From positions 1 to 59,560 of the forward strand of contig JAJZQJ010000009.1 in assembly GCA_021851895.1 (NCBI GenBank): a stretch of DNA of 59,560 bases, written 5' to 3'. This DNA comes from a bacterium (GTDB lineage: Bacteria > Patescibacteriota > Minisyncoccia > Phycocordibacterales > UBA6899). The stretch's first letter is position 1, and the number at the start of each line of letters is the position of its first letter. Made by a program: the position numbers and the translations under genes. Under the pieces are notes generated by a model. That model searched no databases and was not told where the DNA came from. It worked only from the letters and a program-made list of their open reading frames with translations. Below, piece after piece: positions 47,630 through 57,737 of the stretch.

Positions 47630-47743
47630 CACCTTAGAGCATTTCGGGCCCCCGACATCGGGGGCCTTTTTCGTACCCTTGCCGAGATGATAATTTCGTT
47701 CTCTAGTATTTACAAAATTTTAATTTATGGTATAATGTTACAT

Positions 47744-48130
47744 ATGACAAATAATTCAATGGAAGAGGGGAAGCTCCCCGAGGGCGTAACGCCAAGCACA
47801 GAAGGTGCTATTGAATTGAACGCTGAGGATTATCCGAATGATCTCCATGAAGTGAATAAGCAGGTGAATGAGGAGATCGCTGCGCGTGAGCAGGCGGCGG
47901 CCGAAGCGCACGAAGCGCTTGTAAACAGTCTCCCAGGATCACTCCCTGAGGGCATTGAGCAGCGTATCAAGGATCTCGAGGTCGCGATACAGAAAGAGAT
48001 CGAAGCACGAGGTGTCGATACGACTGGTTTCAATAATGCGACAGGAAAGATGGAGAACCTCTCACCTGAAGATCATGCGAAGGTGAATGAGGCAGCGAAA
48101 GCTGCCGATGATATGCAGAAATCCGCATAA
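47744..48130 (+). CDS. Hypothetical acidic protein
   Basis: TATAAT 7 nt upstream of ATG; helical, acidic. Confidence 0.65.
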   Translation: MTNNSMEEGKLPEGVTPSTEGAIELNAEDYPNDLHEVNKQVNEEIAAREQAAAEAHEALVNSLPGSLPEGIEQRIKDLEVAIQKEIEARGVDTTGFNNATGKMENLSPEDHAKVNEAAKAADDMQKSA

Positions 48131-48193
48131 ACGAAAACACACGAGCGATGCTCGTGTGTTTTCGTTTTGCGCGTACGCTATAATGATGGAGAT

Positions 48194-49057
48194 ATGCGTT
48201 CTCTGCTCCTCAATCATCGACGAAGGCTGTTCGTGATTTCTGTGTTCATACTCCTCCTTATCATCACCGGCCTCTTCTTGAGAAGCACGCAACACGAGCT
48301 CCTCATCACTTTCCTTGATGTTGGACAGGGTGATGCAGTGCTCCTCACTGCTCCAAATGGGAATCGTTTGCTCTATGATGCTGGTCCGCCCACAGGAGCA
48401 GTCGTGAGCGCGCTCGGAAAGGAACTCGGATATTTCGATCATGACATCGCGATCATGGTGGCCTCGCATCCAGATGCTGATCACATTGGAGGCTTTGCAG
48501 ATCTTTTCGCTCGCTATACACCAAAGCTCTATCTTGATGCGCACACGTATTCCTCGAGCGAAGATTTCGAGGTGCTCGAGAAAGACCTCAAGCAACGTGG
48601 TGTCGAACGACGAACGTTACCGGTTGGCTCAAAGATCGATCTCGGCTCGGGTGTATTCATTGATGTGCTCGCGCCCGAACGCTCGAATGTCGATGCATCG
48701 ATAAACGGGAGATCACTCGTCCTTCATGTACATTATGGTGCGATGTCATTGCTACTTACGGGAGATCTCGAGCAGGATGGTGAGTCATCACTCATTGAGC
48801 GTTTGGGGAATCGATTACACGCGACCATACTGAAAGCGGGGCACCACGGGTCGAAGACATCGACGAGTGAGCGATTCTTGGATGCGGTTGATCCGCAACT
48901 CGTCATCATCTCTGCGGGTGCACATAATATTTATGGTCATCCACATCAAAGTACGCTTGCGCGTTTGCAGTCGCGCAATATCGAAATCTTGCAGACTGCG
49001 ATGATGGGGAACATCCATTTTTCCTGTTCGCCGATACGTTGCGCGCTTCTCAAATAA
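48194..49057 (+). CDS. ComEC-type metallo-beta-lactamase-fold protein (stand-alone)
   Basis: FLDVGQGDA, SHPDADHIGG, LLTGD, KAGHHGS, YGHP. Confidence 0.9.
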   Translation: MRSLLLNHRRRLFVISVFILLLIITGLFLRSTQHELLITFLDVGQGDAVLLTAPNGNRLLYDAGPPTGAVVSALGKELGYFDHDIAIMVASHPDADHIGGFADLFARYTPKLYLDAHTYSSSEDFEVLEKDLKQRGVERRTLPVGSKIDLGSGVFIDVLAPERSNVDASINGRSLVLHVHYGAMSLLLTGDLEQDGESSLIERLGNRLHATILKAGHHGSKTSTSERFLDAVDPQLVIISAGAHNIYGHPHQSTLARLQSRNIEILQTAMMGNIHFSCSPIRCALLK

Positions 49058-49083
49058 AAAAGGGCCATTGGCCCTTTTGCGTT

Positions 49084-50481
49084 TCAATCTTCTAAGAGGT
49101 AATGCATGACTTCGCTGACTCCATAGGAGTCATGCTCGTCTTTGAGCAACTTGCGTACGAATGAGACATCATCGCCGAGCGTGATGATCGACGGCGCGTT
49201 CCGATCAGCCTTTGTCGTCGTCGAGAGGAGGCCATTGCACAGACATTCGGCACCTTCGGCATCCGATGCTTTTCCACCTTTCTTGAGGAAGATGTCGAGC
49301 GGCTCCGCTGGGCAGCGAAATCCGATACTACCATCTTCTCTCTCATAGGGTTTGAGCAGTAGACCCTGATCGCAGAGCGGCTGACGCTCTTTGAGGCGTT
49401 CCCTATCTGCGATCGTTCCCGGAAGGTCGACGACCTTGAACGGGAAACCCGTCGGTGAGAGTTCGAGATCCGTGCGCGTGCGGACTTCGCCGTTGTAGAT
49501 GCGTCGAAGGAGTTCTTTGCGCAAATCGTCGCGCAGTCCAGAGTCGCGCGAGAGCGCCATGATCGAGCCGACTTGAATGCCCGATGCTCCATTTTCGAGC
49601 GCCCACTTGAGGCCGTCAGGAGATGCGAGTCCTCCGCCGATCCAAAAGGGGATGCCGAATTCGCGCATCTTCGCGAGATCGGCGAAATCCTTCTCTCCAT
49701 AGATGGGTTCGCCTTCATGGTCGAGGATGATCTTTCCGCGTGGCGGGGCATTGTGTCCACCCGCAGACGGACGTTCGATCACAAACGCTTCGATGGAGCC
49801 ATTGCTCTTCTTCATGAGGTACGAAGCAGCGAAGTCCGTCGTAATGATCGGAATGAAATCTGGACGCTTGAGCCCCGCGAGCGATGTGCCGAAGAATTTC
49901 TTCACGTCGAATTCGGAAGGAATCGATGCTCCTCCGTCAGTCGAGATGTTGTACGTGGGATTTCCGCCCGCCGCGATGACGTCGAGCATGCCGGGCACTT
50001 TGTTCGGGAGTCCGGCGCCCATCGTGACCGCATCGACCCCCGCAAGCATCGCCCCAACCATATTGTATGTATGTTGGAGCTGTACCTTTTCGAGATAGTT
50101 GATCGCGATCGGACGATCGTGACCTTCTTTGGCGAGCCAGACGATTGCGAAGTTCGCACACAGTGTAAGCGCGATCAGTTTTTCGCTCGGATCGAGGAAG
50201 AACTGAGGGACGACCTTGAAACGTTGTCCCTCCTTAAGGCCGCCATCGACGAAATAGGTTTCGAGGATGCGGTCGACAAAGTGAGGAAAAGGGAAGTGCG
50301 CGAGTGCACGGCGAAAATGTCCGCCAGGATCTCCGAGCTGGAGCGTGCGTGCCATGATGCGGTCCGCCATGACTCCAGAAACCGTTCCCAGTCCACCATT
50401 CTTTGCGACGGTGTTCGCGAGGTGCCATGTCGAGATGTCTACTCCCATTCCGCCCTGGCGGATCATCTGCTGCTTGTTCAT
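49084..50481 (-). CDS. Nitronate monooxygenase family (FMN TIM-barrel) protein
   Basis: QGGMGV, GTVSG, MGAGLP, AGGHNAPPRG, IQVGS. Confidence 0.88.
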   Translation of the reverse strand: MNKQQMIRQGGMGVDISTWHLANTVAKNGGLGTVSGVMADRIMARTLQLGDPGGHFRRALAHFPFPHFVDRILETYFVDGGLKEGQRFKVVPQFFLDPSEKLIALTLCANFAIVWLAKEGHDRPIAINYLEKVQLQHTYNMVGAMLAGVDAVTMGAGLPNKVPGMLDVIAAGGNPTYNISTDGGASIPSEFDVKKFFGTSLAGLKRPDFIPIITTDFAASYLMKKSNGSIEAFVIERPSAGGHNAPPRGKIILDHEGEPIYGEKDFADLAKMREFGIPFWIGGGLASPDGLKWALENGASGIQVGSIMALSRDSGLRDDLRKELLRRIYNGEVRTRTDLELSPTGFPFKVVDLPGTIADRERLKERQPLCDQGLLLKPYEREDGSIGFRCPAEPLDIFLKKGGKASDAEGAECLCNGLLSTTTKADRNAPSIITLGDDVSFVRKLLKDEHDSYGVSEVMHYLLED

Positions 50482-50588
50482 GATTGCCTCCTTGGCAAAG
50501 AACGACACGAAATCGAGTGTGTAGTGCCAGTAGAAGCATACAGTAAAAAGTCCATAAATCAAATGAAATAAAAAACCGGCAAGCCGGT

Positions 50589-51200
50589 TTAAAATCCTCC
50601 AAGGATGAAATTATGTAATACATCGATGACCGGAGCGATATAGCTCGAGAGGAAGAAGACGAAGATGAGCAAGATGATGATCCCCTGATGCTCCATGAAG
50701 TAGATGAACTTCGCGTAGCGTGTCGAGAGAAATGAGGTGAACACCTTGAAGCCGTCGAGCGGAGGTATCGGTACGAGGTTGAAGACCATGAGCGCGAGAT
50801 TGATGTCGACGATAGCGACAAGCATGCTTCGCATCGCATCACCAACGTAAGGAGCACTGAGTCGTGTGATGATGCCGAAGATGACTGCAATGAGGAAGTT
50901 CGTCGCGGGGCCTGCAGCTGCGACGAGTGCCTCCCCCCAGCGCTGATTGCGGAGGTTATAGGGATTGTAAGGGACAGGCCTTGCCCATCCAAAAGGAACC
51001 TTGAAAAGAAGGATCGAAAAAAGTGGTACGACGAAAGAGCCGATCGGGTCGAAGTGTTTCGCTGGATTGAGCGTGAGTCTTCCTGAAAGTCGTGCGGTCG
51101 GGTCGCCAAGCGAGAGTGCCATGTAGCCGTGTGCCACTTCATGAGCAATGACCGATAAAATAAGGATTCCTAGGGCTGCGATTGCGAGTTCTGGTGTCAT
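50589..51200 (-). CDS. Site-2 protease (M50) family protein
   Basis: HEVAHG, AAGP..N, FNLVPIPPLDG. Confidence 0.93.
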   Translation of the reverse strand: MTPELAIAALGILILSVIAHEVAHGYMALSLGDPTARLSGRLTLNPAKHFDPIGSFVVPLFSILLFKVPFGWARPVPYNPYNLRNQRWGEALVAAAGPATNFLIAVIFGIITRLSAPYVGDAMRSMLVAIVDINLALMVFNLVPIPPLDGFKVFTSFLSTRYAKFIYFMEHQGIIILLIFVFFLSSYIAPVIDVLHNFILGGF

Positions 51201-51233
51201 ATTGATGTATGCATTGTAGCAGAAGAATATGCG

Positions 51234-51375
51234 AGGGTATAGGGAATAGGGAATAGGGAATAGGGTTGATACAAAACTCCAATAAATATGACTTAATGTG
51301 TCTATGATATATGTATTCCGTACCCGCATTTACCCTGTTTCCTATTTCCTATTCCCTTTTCCCTTATTTTCCCTT
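51234..51375. repeat. Heptamer repeats (AGGGAAT)n and an inverted degenerate (ATTCCCT-like)n tract
   Basis: 51234-51265 and 51332-51375, between divergent genes. Confidence 0.7.
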
Positions 51376-51434
51376 GCCTTTTTCTCTTATCTATGCTAAT
51401 CTGCCAAGTACTTAACGCAATTAATCTTATACGT

Positions 51435-51653
51435 ATGGCATCAACGAATATCTGCGTACTTTGTGCGAAGGGTACCCGCGTTGCAGGGGGTTACTCAAAT
51501 CGCGTTCGCGCCACAAAGTTCAATCCAACGGGGAACGTCCGCAAGTACCCAAATCTTCAGTGGGCAACCCTTCCCGAGAATATCGGTGGTGGCCGCATAA
51601 AGATCTGCACACGCTGCCTCAAGGGCAACAAGCACCTTGAGCTCGCAAAGTAA
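51435..51653 (+). CDS. rpmB: 50S ribosomal protein L28
   Basis: CVLCAKG..R..PNLQ..KICTRCLK. Confidence 0.85.
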   Translation: MASTNICVLCAKGTRVAGGYSNRVRATKFNPTGNVRKYPNLQWATLPENIGGGRIKICTRCLKGNKHLELAK

Positions 51654-51805
51654 AAACACCGAAAGGTGTTTTTCTTTTTTTGTTTGTTTTGTGGCCTCAA
51701 ACTTACAATTTAATGACTTTCATCATTGACAGTAGCCCCCCCGTTAGTGTATGCTACGCGACTGGTCACTCGACTTTATCGAGTTGTACTTTACAATAGA
51801 ATCAT

Positions 51806-52267
51806 ATGTCAAAACGCGATCGCATCATCACACTCGTTGGTGCAATAGTTATTGCTTTCGGAATTTATGGTATCAAGTATTACCTCGATCATCGCACAGT
51901 TATCAACGGTATCCATGTACCGATCATGCCGAACAGAAAGGAGAATAATAGTACCCTGCATGGTGTAGATACTGATCACAATGGTGTGCGCGATGATATC
52001 GATCGTATGATAGCGGAGGCATATGGAAATGATCCTGTAAGATACCGCCTAGTGTTTTCATATTTCAAAGCACTTACACTTGCGGTAGAAAATCCTACGA
52101 AGGAAAATGTAAGAAATGTGGGATATCGAGTCGCATGCATTCTGGGGCCAACTTATAAAGATGTGACAATTATTGAACATCAATACTTGGAGACTCCAGA
52201 GGTAGGAAAGGCCTATTCTCACGCGATGGCAGGTGCTATTGCAGACCTAACATGCATTCCTGAATAA
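51806..52267 (+). CDS. Hypothetical membrane-anchored protein with a DxDxNG (Ca-binding-like) motif
   Basis: N-terminal TM; GVDTDHNGVRDDID. Confidence 0.7.
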   Translation: MSKRDRIITLVGAIVIAFGIYGIKYYLDHRTVINGIHVPIMPNRKENNSTLHGVDTDHNGVRDDIDRMIAEAYGNDPVRYRLVFSYFKALTLAVENPTKENVRNVGYRVACILGPTYKDVTIIEHQYLETPEVGKAYSHAMAGAIADLTCIPE

Positions 52268-52287
52268 CAAATACAGAGGAGATACTT

Positions 52288-54525
52288 ATGCGTTTATCGC
52301 ATATTTTTGCCAGCTTCATTTTTGCTTTATTCATTTCAACAGCGCTTATGGCGCAAACACCAGTTCGAGTTATTTTTATTAATGGTATACAAAATACTCG
52401 AAAAGAAATTGCTGATTCTGCGAATGTGATTAGAAATGTTCTAGCAGCGCCGACACGGCACCAGCAAGGTAAGTATGCATTTAATGTTGAGTATATCGAA
52501 AACCCAATTGGGTGGAACGGTATCGACGCACCAAACTCACTATGGCAAGACAGCATTGAGCTTTTCCTCATGAAATTAGCTGAGGAGCAATATGCTGGAG
52601 ACCTGCTCAATCTGAAGTCTCCCGTGACTGGTCCGCCGCTCCCTACGAACCTGCAAGCAGCAACAAACGTTGCGCAGTTTGCCGGGAAGCTCAGGGTGAT
52701 GAATGCGGGCCCGACGCGTGATTTCAGCGCAGTACCATATGGGACACTCTTGGGTGACAATGATATCGATAGTGGTGGAGTTATTTCGGATACCGATCTT
52801 CAGGCAACCCAGGAATGCATTACACAACTTGCAGCAACACTGACCAGTGCAACCGCGCCCATCATCATCATTGCGCATTCGCAAGGTAATCTCATCGCTA
52901 ATCTCGCATATGCGAAAGCGGCGCGTGATATGTACCCAAGAAACATCAGTTCGTTTGTGAAGATCGTGAACATCGCGAATACTTCACAGATATCGCTCCA
53001 TAATCTCAACCTCACCCATGCGGACGATAAAGCACTTTTCTCTCCCATTGCCAGCCTATCAGGTCTCCCCTCATGGTACGGATGGAACAGAGCGGTCCCT
53101 TCGCTCGACACGAATACGGGGATAACCACCTATAGTCTTTCGACTCAGAACTTCACGCTCGATACTCCAACAGCATCGGGCTTAGTGAGTTTTACGTGGA
53201 CAGATCTCACGGAGCACGGACTCGTCGATGTGTATCTCTCGAATGATCCCGTCACCATGTCTGATACTCGCGGAATTACATTCTCTCCGGGATCATTCTG
53301 TATGCGTGACTACTTCGAAGATCTCGTCTGGACCGCTGCCGCGAGTCTCGATACAACCGCAGCGATGCCGACAGTGCAGATGCTCAACCCCTGTATCATC
53401 GCAGGTGAAGGCCAAAGTGTGACCCTGAGTGCTCAGGCAATGAGCCAGGTGGGTTCATTAGTTGAGGTTCACTGGGAACGGCTCGACCACCCCGAGGTGA
53501 ATTTCTCACTTCCCGCGTACGCCAATACCACCATGAGTGGCAACACCGCAACAAGCTCAGTGACATTCACTACGCCGTTTGTTGCGGCAACAACCACATT
53601 CAAGGTCGGCTTCTTTGCAAAAGATGACCGCGGTATGGTGAGTAGTGGTACTGCAGAAGTGCAGGTCCAGCATGGAAATCTTGCTCCAACCATCACTGCG
53701 GATCCGAGTTATGCAACCATATCAGGAACTGGGGTGACGCTCCATGTTTCTGCAGCAGATGCTGACGGCTACCTTGTTTCTGCGGTCGTTGAGCAAATAA
53801 GTAATACCAGCTGGCTCACAATTGATTCGCCGCAGACACTCACGACGAACAACAGCAATACTGCGAGCTGGGATATCCCAGTGACCATACCGGGGAATAC
53901 TCCCGGCGGTACTTATACATATCGCTTCACGGTTACGGACAACGATGGTGCTATGACTACGCGCTCTATTGACCTGGTGGTCACCCCAGACTATTTTGTC
54001 GATGATTTCTCTACGGTCACGTCAGTAATCCCAACACATTGGGCTGTTAATTCATTTGGTTCCAGTGCATTCGTCTCGGGTGGTGTGCTCAATCTCCAGC
54101 ATCTTGTTGCGCAGTCAATGAGTCTCGGCACACGAGCATTTCACGAGGGTACGAACTTTCGCACATACGCGAAACTCTCCGATGGTGGCTCCGTGCGCCT
54201 TACCGCAGGCATGGATGGTATCGCCATTGTGCAAAATGATGCCAGTTTTTCGCAGCGGTATCAGGTGCAGGTTTGGACAACAGATCCAAACACCTATGTA
54301 ACACAAACACAATACTTCGACTTTGCTATTGCGCCTGATGTGTATCATCTTTTTGAGTATATCTATGGAGTAGACGGTATGGTGACCCTTCGCGTCGATC
54401 AGGTATCGCTCGTGCAGACAATGAAGACGGCTCCGTTCTTTTATGGCGCCCGAATGCAGTTCAGCTATGGGCAGACGCTTCACGGCACGGGCACAATCGT
54501 GCAGTGGGCGGGCGTGACCCCATGA
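52288..54525 (+). CDS. Secreted alpha/beta-hydrolase-like protein with Ig/PKD-like domains
   Basis: Signal peptide, VIFINGI, AHSQG nucleophile elbow, NLAPTI..DADG, TVTDNDGA. Confidence 0.75.
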   Translation: MRLSHIFASFIFALFISTALMAQTPVRVIFINGIQNTRKEIADSANVIRNVLAAPTRHQQGKYAFNVEYIENPIGWNGIDAPNSLWQDSIELFLMKLAEEQYAGDLLNLKSPVTGPPLPTNLQAATNVAQFAGKLRVMNAGPTRDFSAVPYGTLLGDNDIDSGGVISDTDLQATQECITQLAATLTSATAPIIIIAHSQGNLIANLAYAKAARDMYPRNISSFVKIVNIANTSQISLHNLNLTHADDKALFSPIASLSGLPSWYGWNRAVPSLDTNTGITTYSLSTQNFTLDTPTASGLVSFTWTDLTEHGLVDVYLSNDPVTMSDTRGITFSPGSFCMRDYFEDLVWTAAASLDTTAAMPTVQMLNPCIIAGEGQSVTLSAQAMSQVGSLVEVHWERLDHPEVNFSLPAYANTTMSGNTATSSVTFTTPFVAATTTFKVGFFAKDDRGMVSSGTAEVQVQHGNLAPTITADPSYATISGTGVTLHVSAADADGYLVSAVVEQISNTSWLTIDSPQTLTTNNSNTASWDIPVTIPGNTPGGTYTYRFTVTDNDGAMTTRSIDLVVTPDYFVDDFSTVTSVIPTHWAVNSFGSSAFVSGGVLNLQHLVAQSMSLGTRAFHEGTNFRTYAKLSDGGSVRLTAGMDGIAIVQNDASFSQRYQVQVWTTDPNTYVTQTQYFDFAIAPDVYHLFEYIYGVDGMVTLRVDQVSLVQTMKTAPFFYGARMQFSYGQTLHGTGTIVQWAGVTP

Positions 54526-54624
54526 TCTAAAATATATTGCGCCTACGATGTAGGCGCTTTTTAATTAGATTTCCATGAGTATATATCTAGACTTTCAAAT
54601 TTCTTAACTTGCAATGCTGTATAT

Positions 54625-54666
54625 ATGTCAAAACGTGATCGCATCATTACTGTTGTCGGTTTTTAG
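54625..54666 (+). pseudogene. Remnant of a paralog of the 51806 gene (first 12 codons)
   Basis: MSKRDRIITVVG* versus MSKRDRIITLVG. Confidence 0.7.
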
Positions 54667-54701
54667 TGCAACCCATTCGTGCATACTATATAATATGAAG
54701 T

Positions 54702-57605
54702 ATGCGTTTGAATCTCATCATTAGTGTGGTCGCTTTAGCATCGATGTTTGCCATGGTGACGTATGCGTCTGTAAACTACCCTTCATCAGTATCATCGGGA
54801 GTTGCGACGACATCCATTGCAGCTAGTGATGATCCTGCTCCAGCTCGACCATTTTTCACGTGGTCGAGTTCTCCTCGTGAGAATATTTTTGATGCGGTGC
54901 TTCCTTGGGGAGAGAACGCGACATATGCGTTCCTCGAAGAGAATGGTGTCATCGTCGCGTCGACGACGCTTCGCGCGCATACGCCGTTTTCAGAGAGATT
55001 TACCTTTACCGCACCGATCCCTGCCGATGGCTATTATGAATATGACATAAAGTTGTGTGGTATGTCATTGGACGAGCAGGCATGCACACGCTCCGCTCCA
55101 CTTGCACTTGTTGTCCAAAAAGGTGTCACTACTTTAGAGAGTGATCTCGATGCAAGTGACCAGACGACAGTGAGAATCGATGAATTGCATGAGCGCTCGA
55201 TCGAAAACGCCGCGGCGTTTTTCAGGTCAGCAGAGGTGCGCTTGCACGGACTTTCAGGAGACTTGAGTTTGGATAAAGTCAGAACGCAGGGTGAGGAAAG
55301 CAACCTTGATCGCATACGCCGTATCATCTCGAGCGAAAGTAGGCGTGCCTTATTCGCTCCGACAAATAACATCTCACGCTCAGATCTATATGCCGCAATT
55401 GCTCGTTTTCCTGCATTTTGTAATGAATCATCTGCTGATGAGACGCTTGATGTCGCCTGCACGAGAGAGCTCGCCGCAGTCATCGCCTATATCAGTTATT
55501 TCACGAGTCACGGCGAGCCGAGTCTTGTTTCGGGTATGCGCGATCCGGGAGGAATCGAAAGACTTCTCGGAAATGATGTCGCTCGCTTTGATGCGCTGTT
55601 TCCTGCGGAAGATGATGTGCGTGGGGCATCTTTTAAAGAACGTATTCGCGAGCATCCCAGCGATGCATTGCTTGCTATCTTGTGGTGGTACATGACCCCA
55701 CAGAGTCCAGAGCCCGATCCGCATAGCGCCTTGTTGGGTATTTGGATTCCAAGTCGCGAAGATAGCGCACGTGGCATTGCTCCTGGATTCGGTGCGACGG
55801 TAAATATCATGAGTCATGGAAAGAGTTGTGCTCGATCGTCAGCGAGTGGGGAGCGCGACACGTTGTCTGCTTTGTATCACGGATTTTTGCTTGCGCTTCA
55901 TGCGACGGATACTCGTAAGGACTCATGCCTTGGGCAAGAGGCATTTGATCTTTCAAGCTCATCATTTGCCCCGCAATATTGGTCATGGGATGCCGATACG
56001 TCATCCTGCGTGCTTGGTGTCACTGAGAATGCATTCTTCGTGCAAGACGAGCAGGGTTACACACAATGCATGCGTGCCCATGGTGCGATGTCCCCACTCC
56101 CGCCACCAGCAGAGGAACGCTATGACCGAGCTTCAAGGATGATCGATGCGCTCCGTACGCGCATCGGGACAAGTACTGTAGAAGAGGGCACCATCACTCC
56201 GCCCGATCCACGAACAGCACTCGGCACAACGATCATCGGTACATATAGAAATCAGCGCGTCGATATACATGAGACGCAGCCCGCAACAATTCCTTACGCA
56301 AAGTTGAACACATTGTTTTACGAAGGCGCATATGTGAATGCTTCAGGGACGCTTGCACTCAGCAATCCCTATGCATTTAATGACATGCCGTTTTCAGATG
56401 ATTGTTATCGCGAGGATTGTCCTCGCGGGCTTGCACACCGTTTTCTGCTTGCGCATGGTCAATATCCTCATTTGCAACTTGTACTCAGTATTGGTGGTTG
56501 GGACGGTTCGAACAACTTCTCTTTACTTTCGAATACGGCATTGCGTGAATCCTTTATTTCATCGGTCCGAGGATTTCTTCTCGCACAACCAGATTTCACC
56601 GGTATTGATATCTCATGGATGTATCCTCAATATGCGGAGTATGGCGTGGGCGGCAAGACAGTGAATGACAGAGAGACGATGCGTGAGATCGTGCGAGGTC
56701 TTCGAAATATGCTCGATGGACTGTATCAGCAGGATGGTATGTTGCGACGGTTGTACGTCGGAGTCGGAGCACTTCAGGATGAGGTTGATGCGATCGGACT
56801 TTCCGATATTGTGAACTTAGTCGATGGCGTGCATCTGATCACCTACGATCTCCATGGTCCATGGGAGCAGAAGACGGGGCATGATGCGCAGTTGTTTGCG
56901 ACAAACATCGGCGATGACGTTTTGAGTGTCGCGAATGCGGTGACATTTGCGCGTAAGGCAGGAGTCCCTTCGAAAAAACTCATCATCGGCATTCCTTATT
57001 ATGGGAGGATATGGAGAAACGTCCCCGTGGGAACGAATCTATTGCTTCCGGGTTTTCAAGTTGAAGTACCCGCACGAGAGACAGCATCTTTGCTTGATTA
57101 CCGTACTATTGCCGCATCGATACTTGGGAAGGGGCAGTATCAATATTATGTCGACGCATTACGTGGAGCAGCATATCTTTATGATGGAACGAATTTTGTC
57201 TCCTATGATGCGCCCGACATCATTGCGCGCAAGATGGAATATGTCTGGCGGGAAGGTTTCGGTGGCGTGCTCCTTTCTGATGTGATGGGCGATGACGGGA
57301 CACTACAAGATAGGGTACTGCGTGTCATTGCGGAGCGATCGCAAAAGAAGTCATGCACGCTCACTCGTATGCCTACGCGGAACCTTGCAGTAAATAGTCG
57401 TGGGGCAGATGTCTTCGCTTTGCAGACATTCCTCGCTTGCCTTGGTGATATGCCGGAATATATCGATATAAACGGGAACTACGGCCAGGCGACCCAACAA
57501 GCGGTGATGCTTTTCGAAAAGGCAGAAGGACTCCCAATAACAGGCGTCGTCGGGAAGGATGTCCGCGATCGCTTGCAAGCATATATGAGTTCAAAAACAC
57601 CTTGA
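54702..57605 (+). CDS. Secreted multidomain protein: Ig-like, degenerate GH19, degenerate GH18, peptidoglycan-binding domain
   Basis: GH19-like RELAA, WWYMTPQSPEP, PGFGATVNI; GH18-like LSIGGW, TYDLHGPW, KLIIGIPYYGR, SYD; PG-binding SRGADVFALQTFL..GNYGQATQQAV..F..GLPITGVVG. Confidence 0.85.
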   Translation: MRLNLIISVVALASMFAMVTYASVNYPSSVSSGVATTSIAASDDPAPARPFFTWSSSPRENIFDAVLPWGENATYAFLEENGVIVASTTLRAHTPFSERFTFTAPIPADGYYEYDIKLCGMSLDEQACTRSAPLALVVQKGVTTLESDLDASDQTTVRIDELHERSIENAAAFFRSAEVRLHGLSGDLSLDKVRTQGEESNLDRIRRIISSESRRALFAPTNNISRSDLYAAIARFPAFCNESSADETLDVACTRELAAVIAYISYFTSHGEPSLVSGMRDPGGIERLLGNDVARFDALFPAEDDVRGASFKERIREHPSDALLAILWWYMTPQSPEPDPHSALLGIWIPSREDSARGIAPGFGATVNIMSHGKSCARSSASGERDTLSALYHGFLLALHATDTRKDSCLGQEAFDLSSSSFAPQYWSWDADTSSCVLGVTENAFFVQDEQGYTQCMRAHGAMSPLPPPAEERYDRASRMIDALRTRIGTSTVEEGTITPPDPRTALGTTIIGTYRNQRVDIHETQPATIPYAKLNTLFYEGAYVNASGTLALSNPYAFNDMPFSDDCYREDCPRGLAHRFLLAHGQYPHLQLVLSIGGWDGSNNFSLLSNTALRESFISSVRGFLLAQPDFTGIDISWMYPQYAEYGVGGKTVNDRETMREIVRGLRNMLDGLYQQDGMLRRLYVGVGALQDEVDAIGLSDIVNLVDGVHLITYDLHGPWEQKTGHDAQLFATNIGDDVLSVANAVTFARKAGVPSKKLIIGIPYYGRIWRNVPVGTNLLLPGFQVEVPARETASLLDYRTIAASILGKGQYQYYVDALRGAAYLYDGTNFVSYDAPDIIARKMEYVWREGFGGVLLSDVMGDDGTLQDRVLRVIAERSQKKSCTLTRMPTRNLAVNSRGADVFALQTFLACLGDMPEYIDINGNYGQATQQAVMLFEKAEGLPITGVVGKDVRDRLQAYMSSKTP

Positions 57606-57737
57606 TGCTTCGAGAGATACAGCCCTTTGCTGTCTTGCATTATTCGTAAAATAAGGTATAGTACCAGGACCTGATGGATTTACTGCTCCTCGATACATCG
57701 TGGAAGCACAGGTGAATAAAGAAGGTGTAAGCACTTC

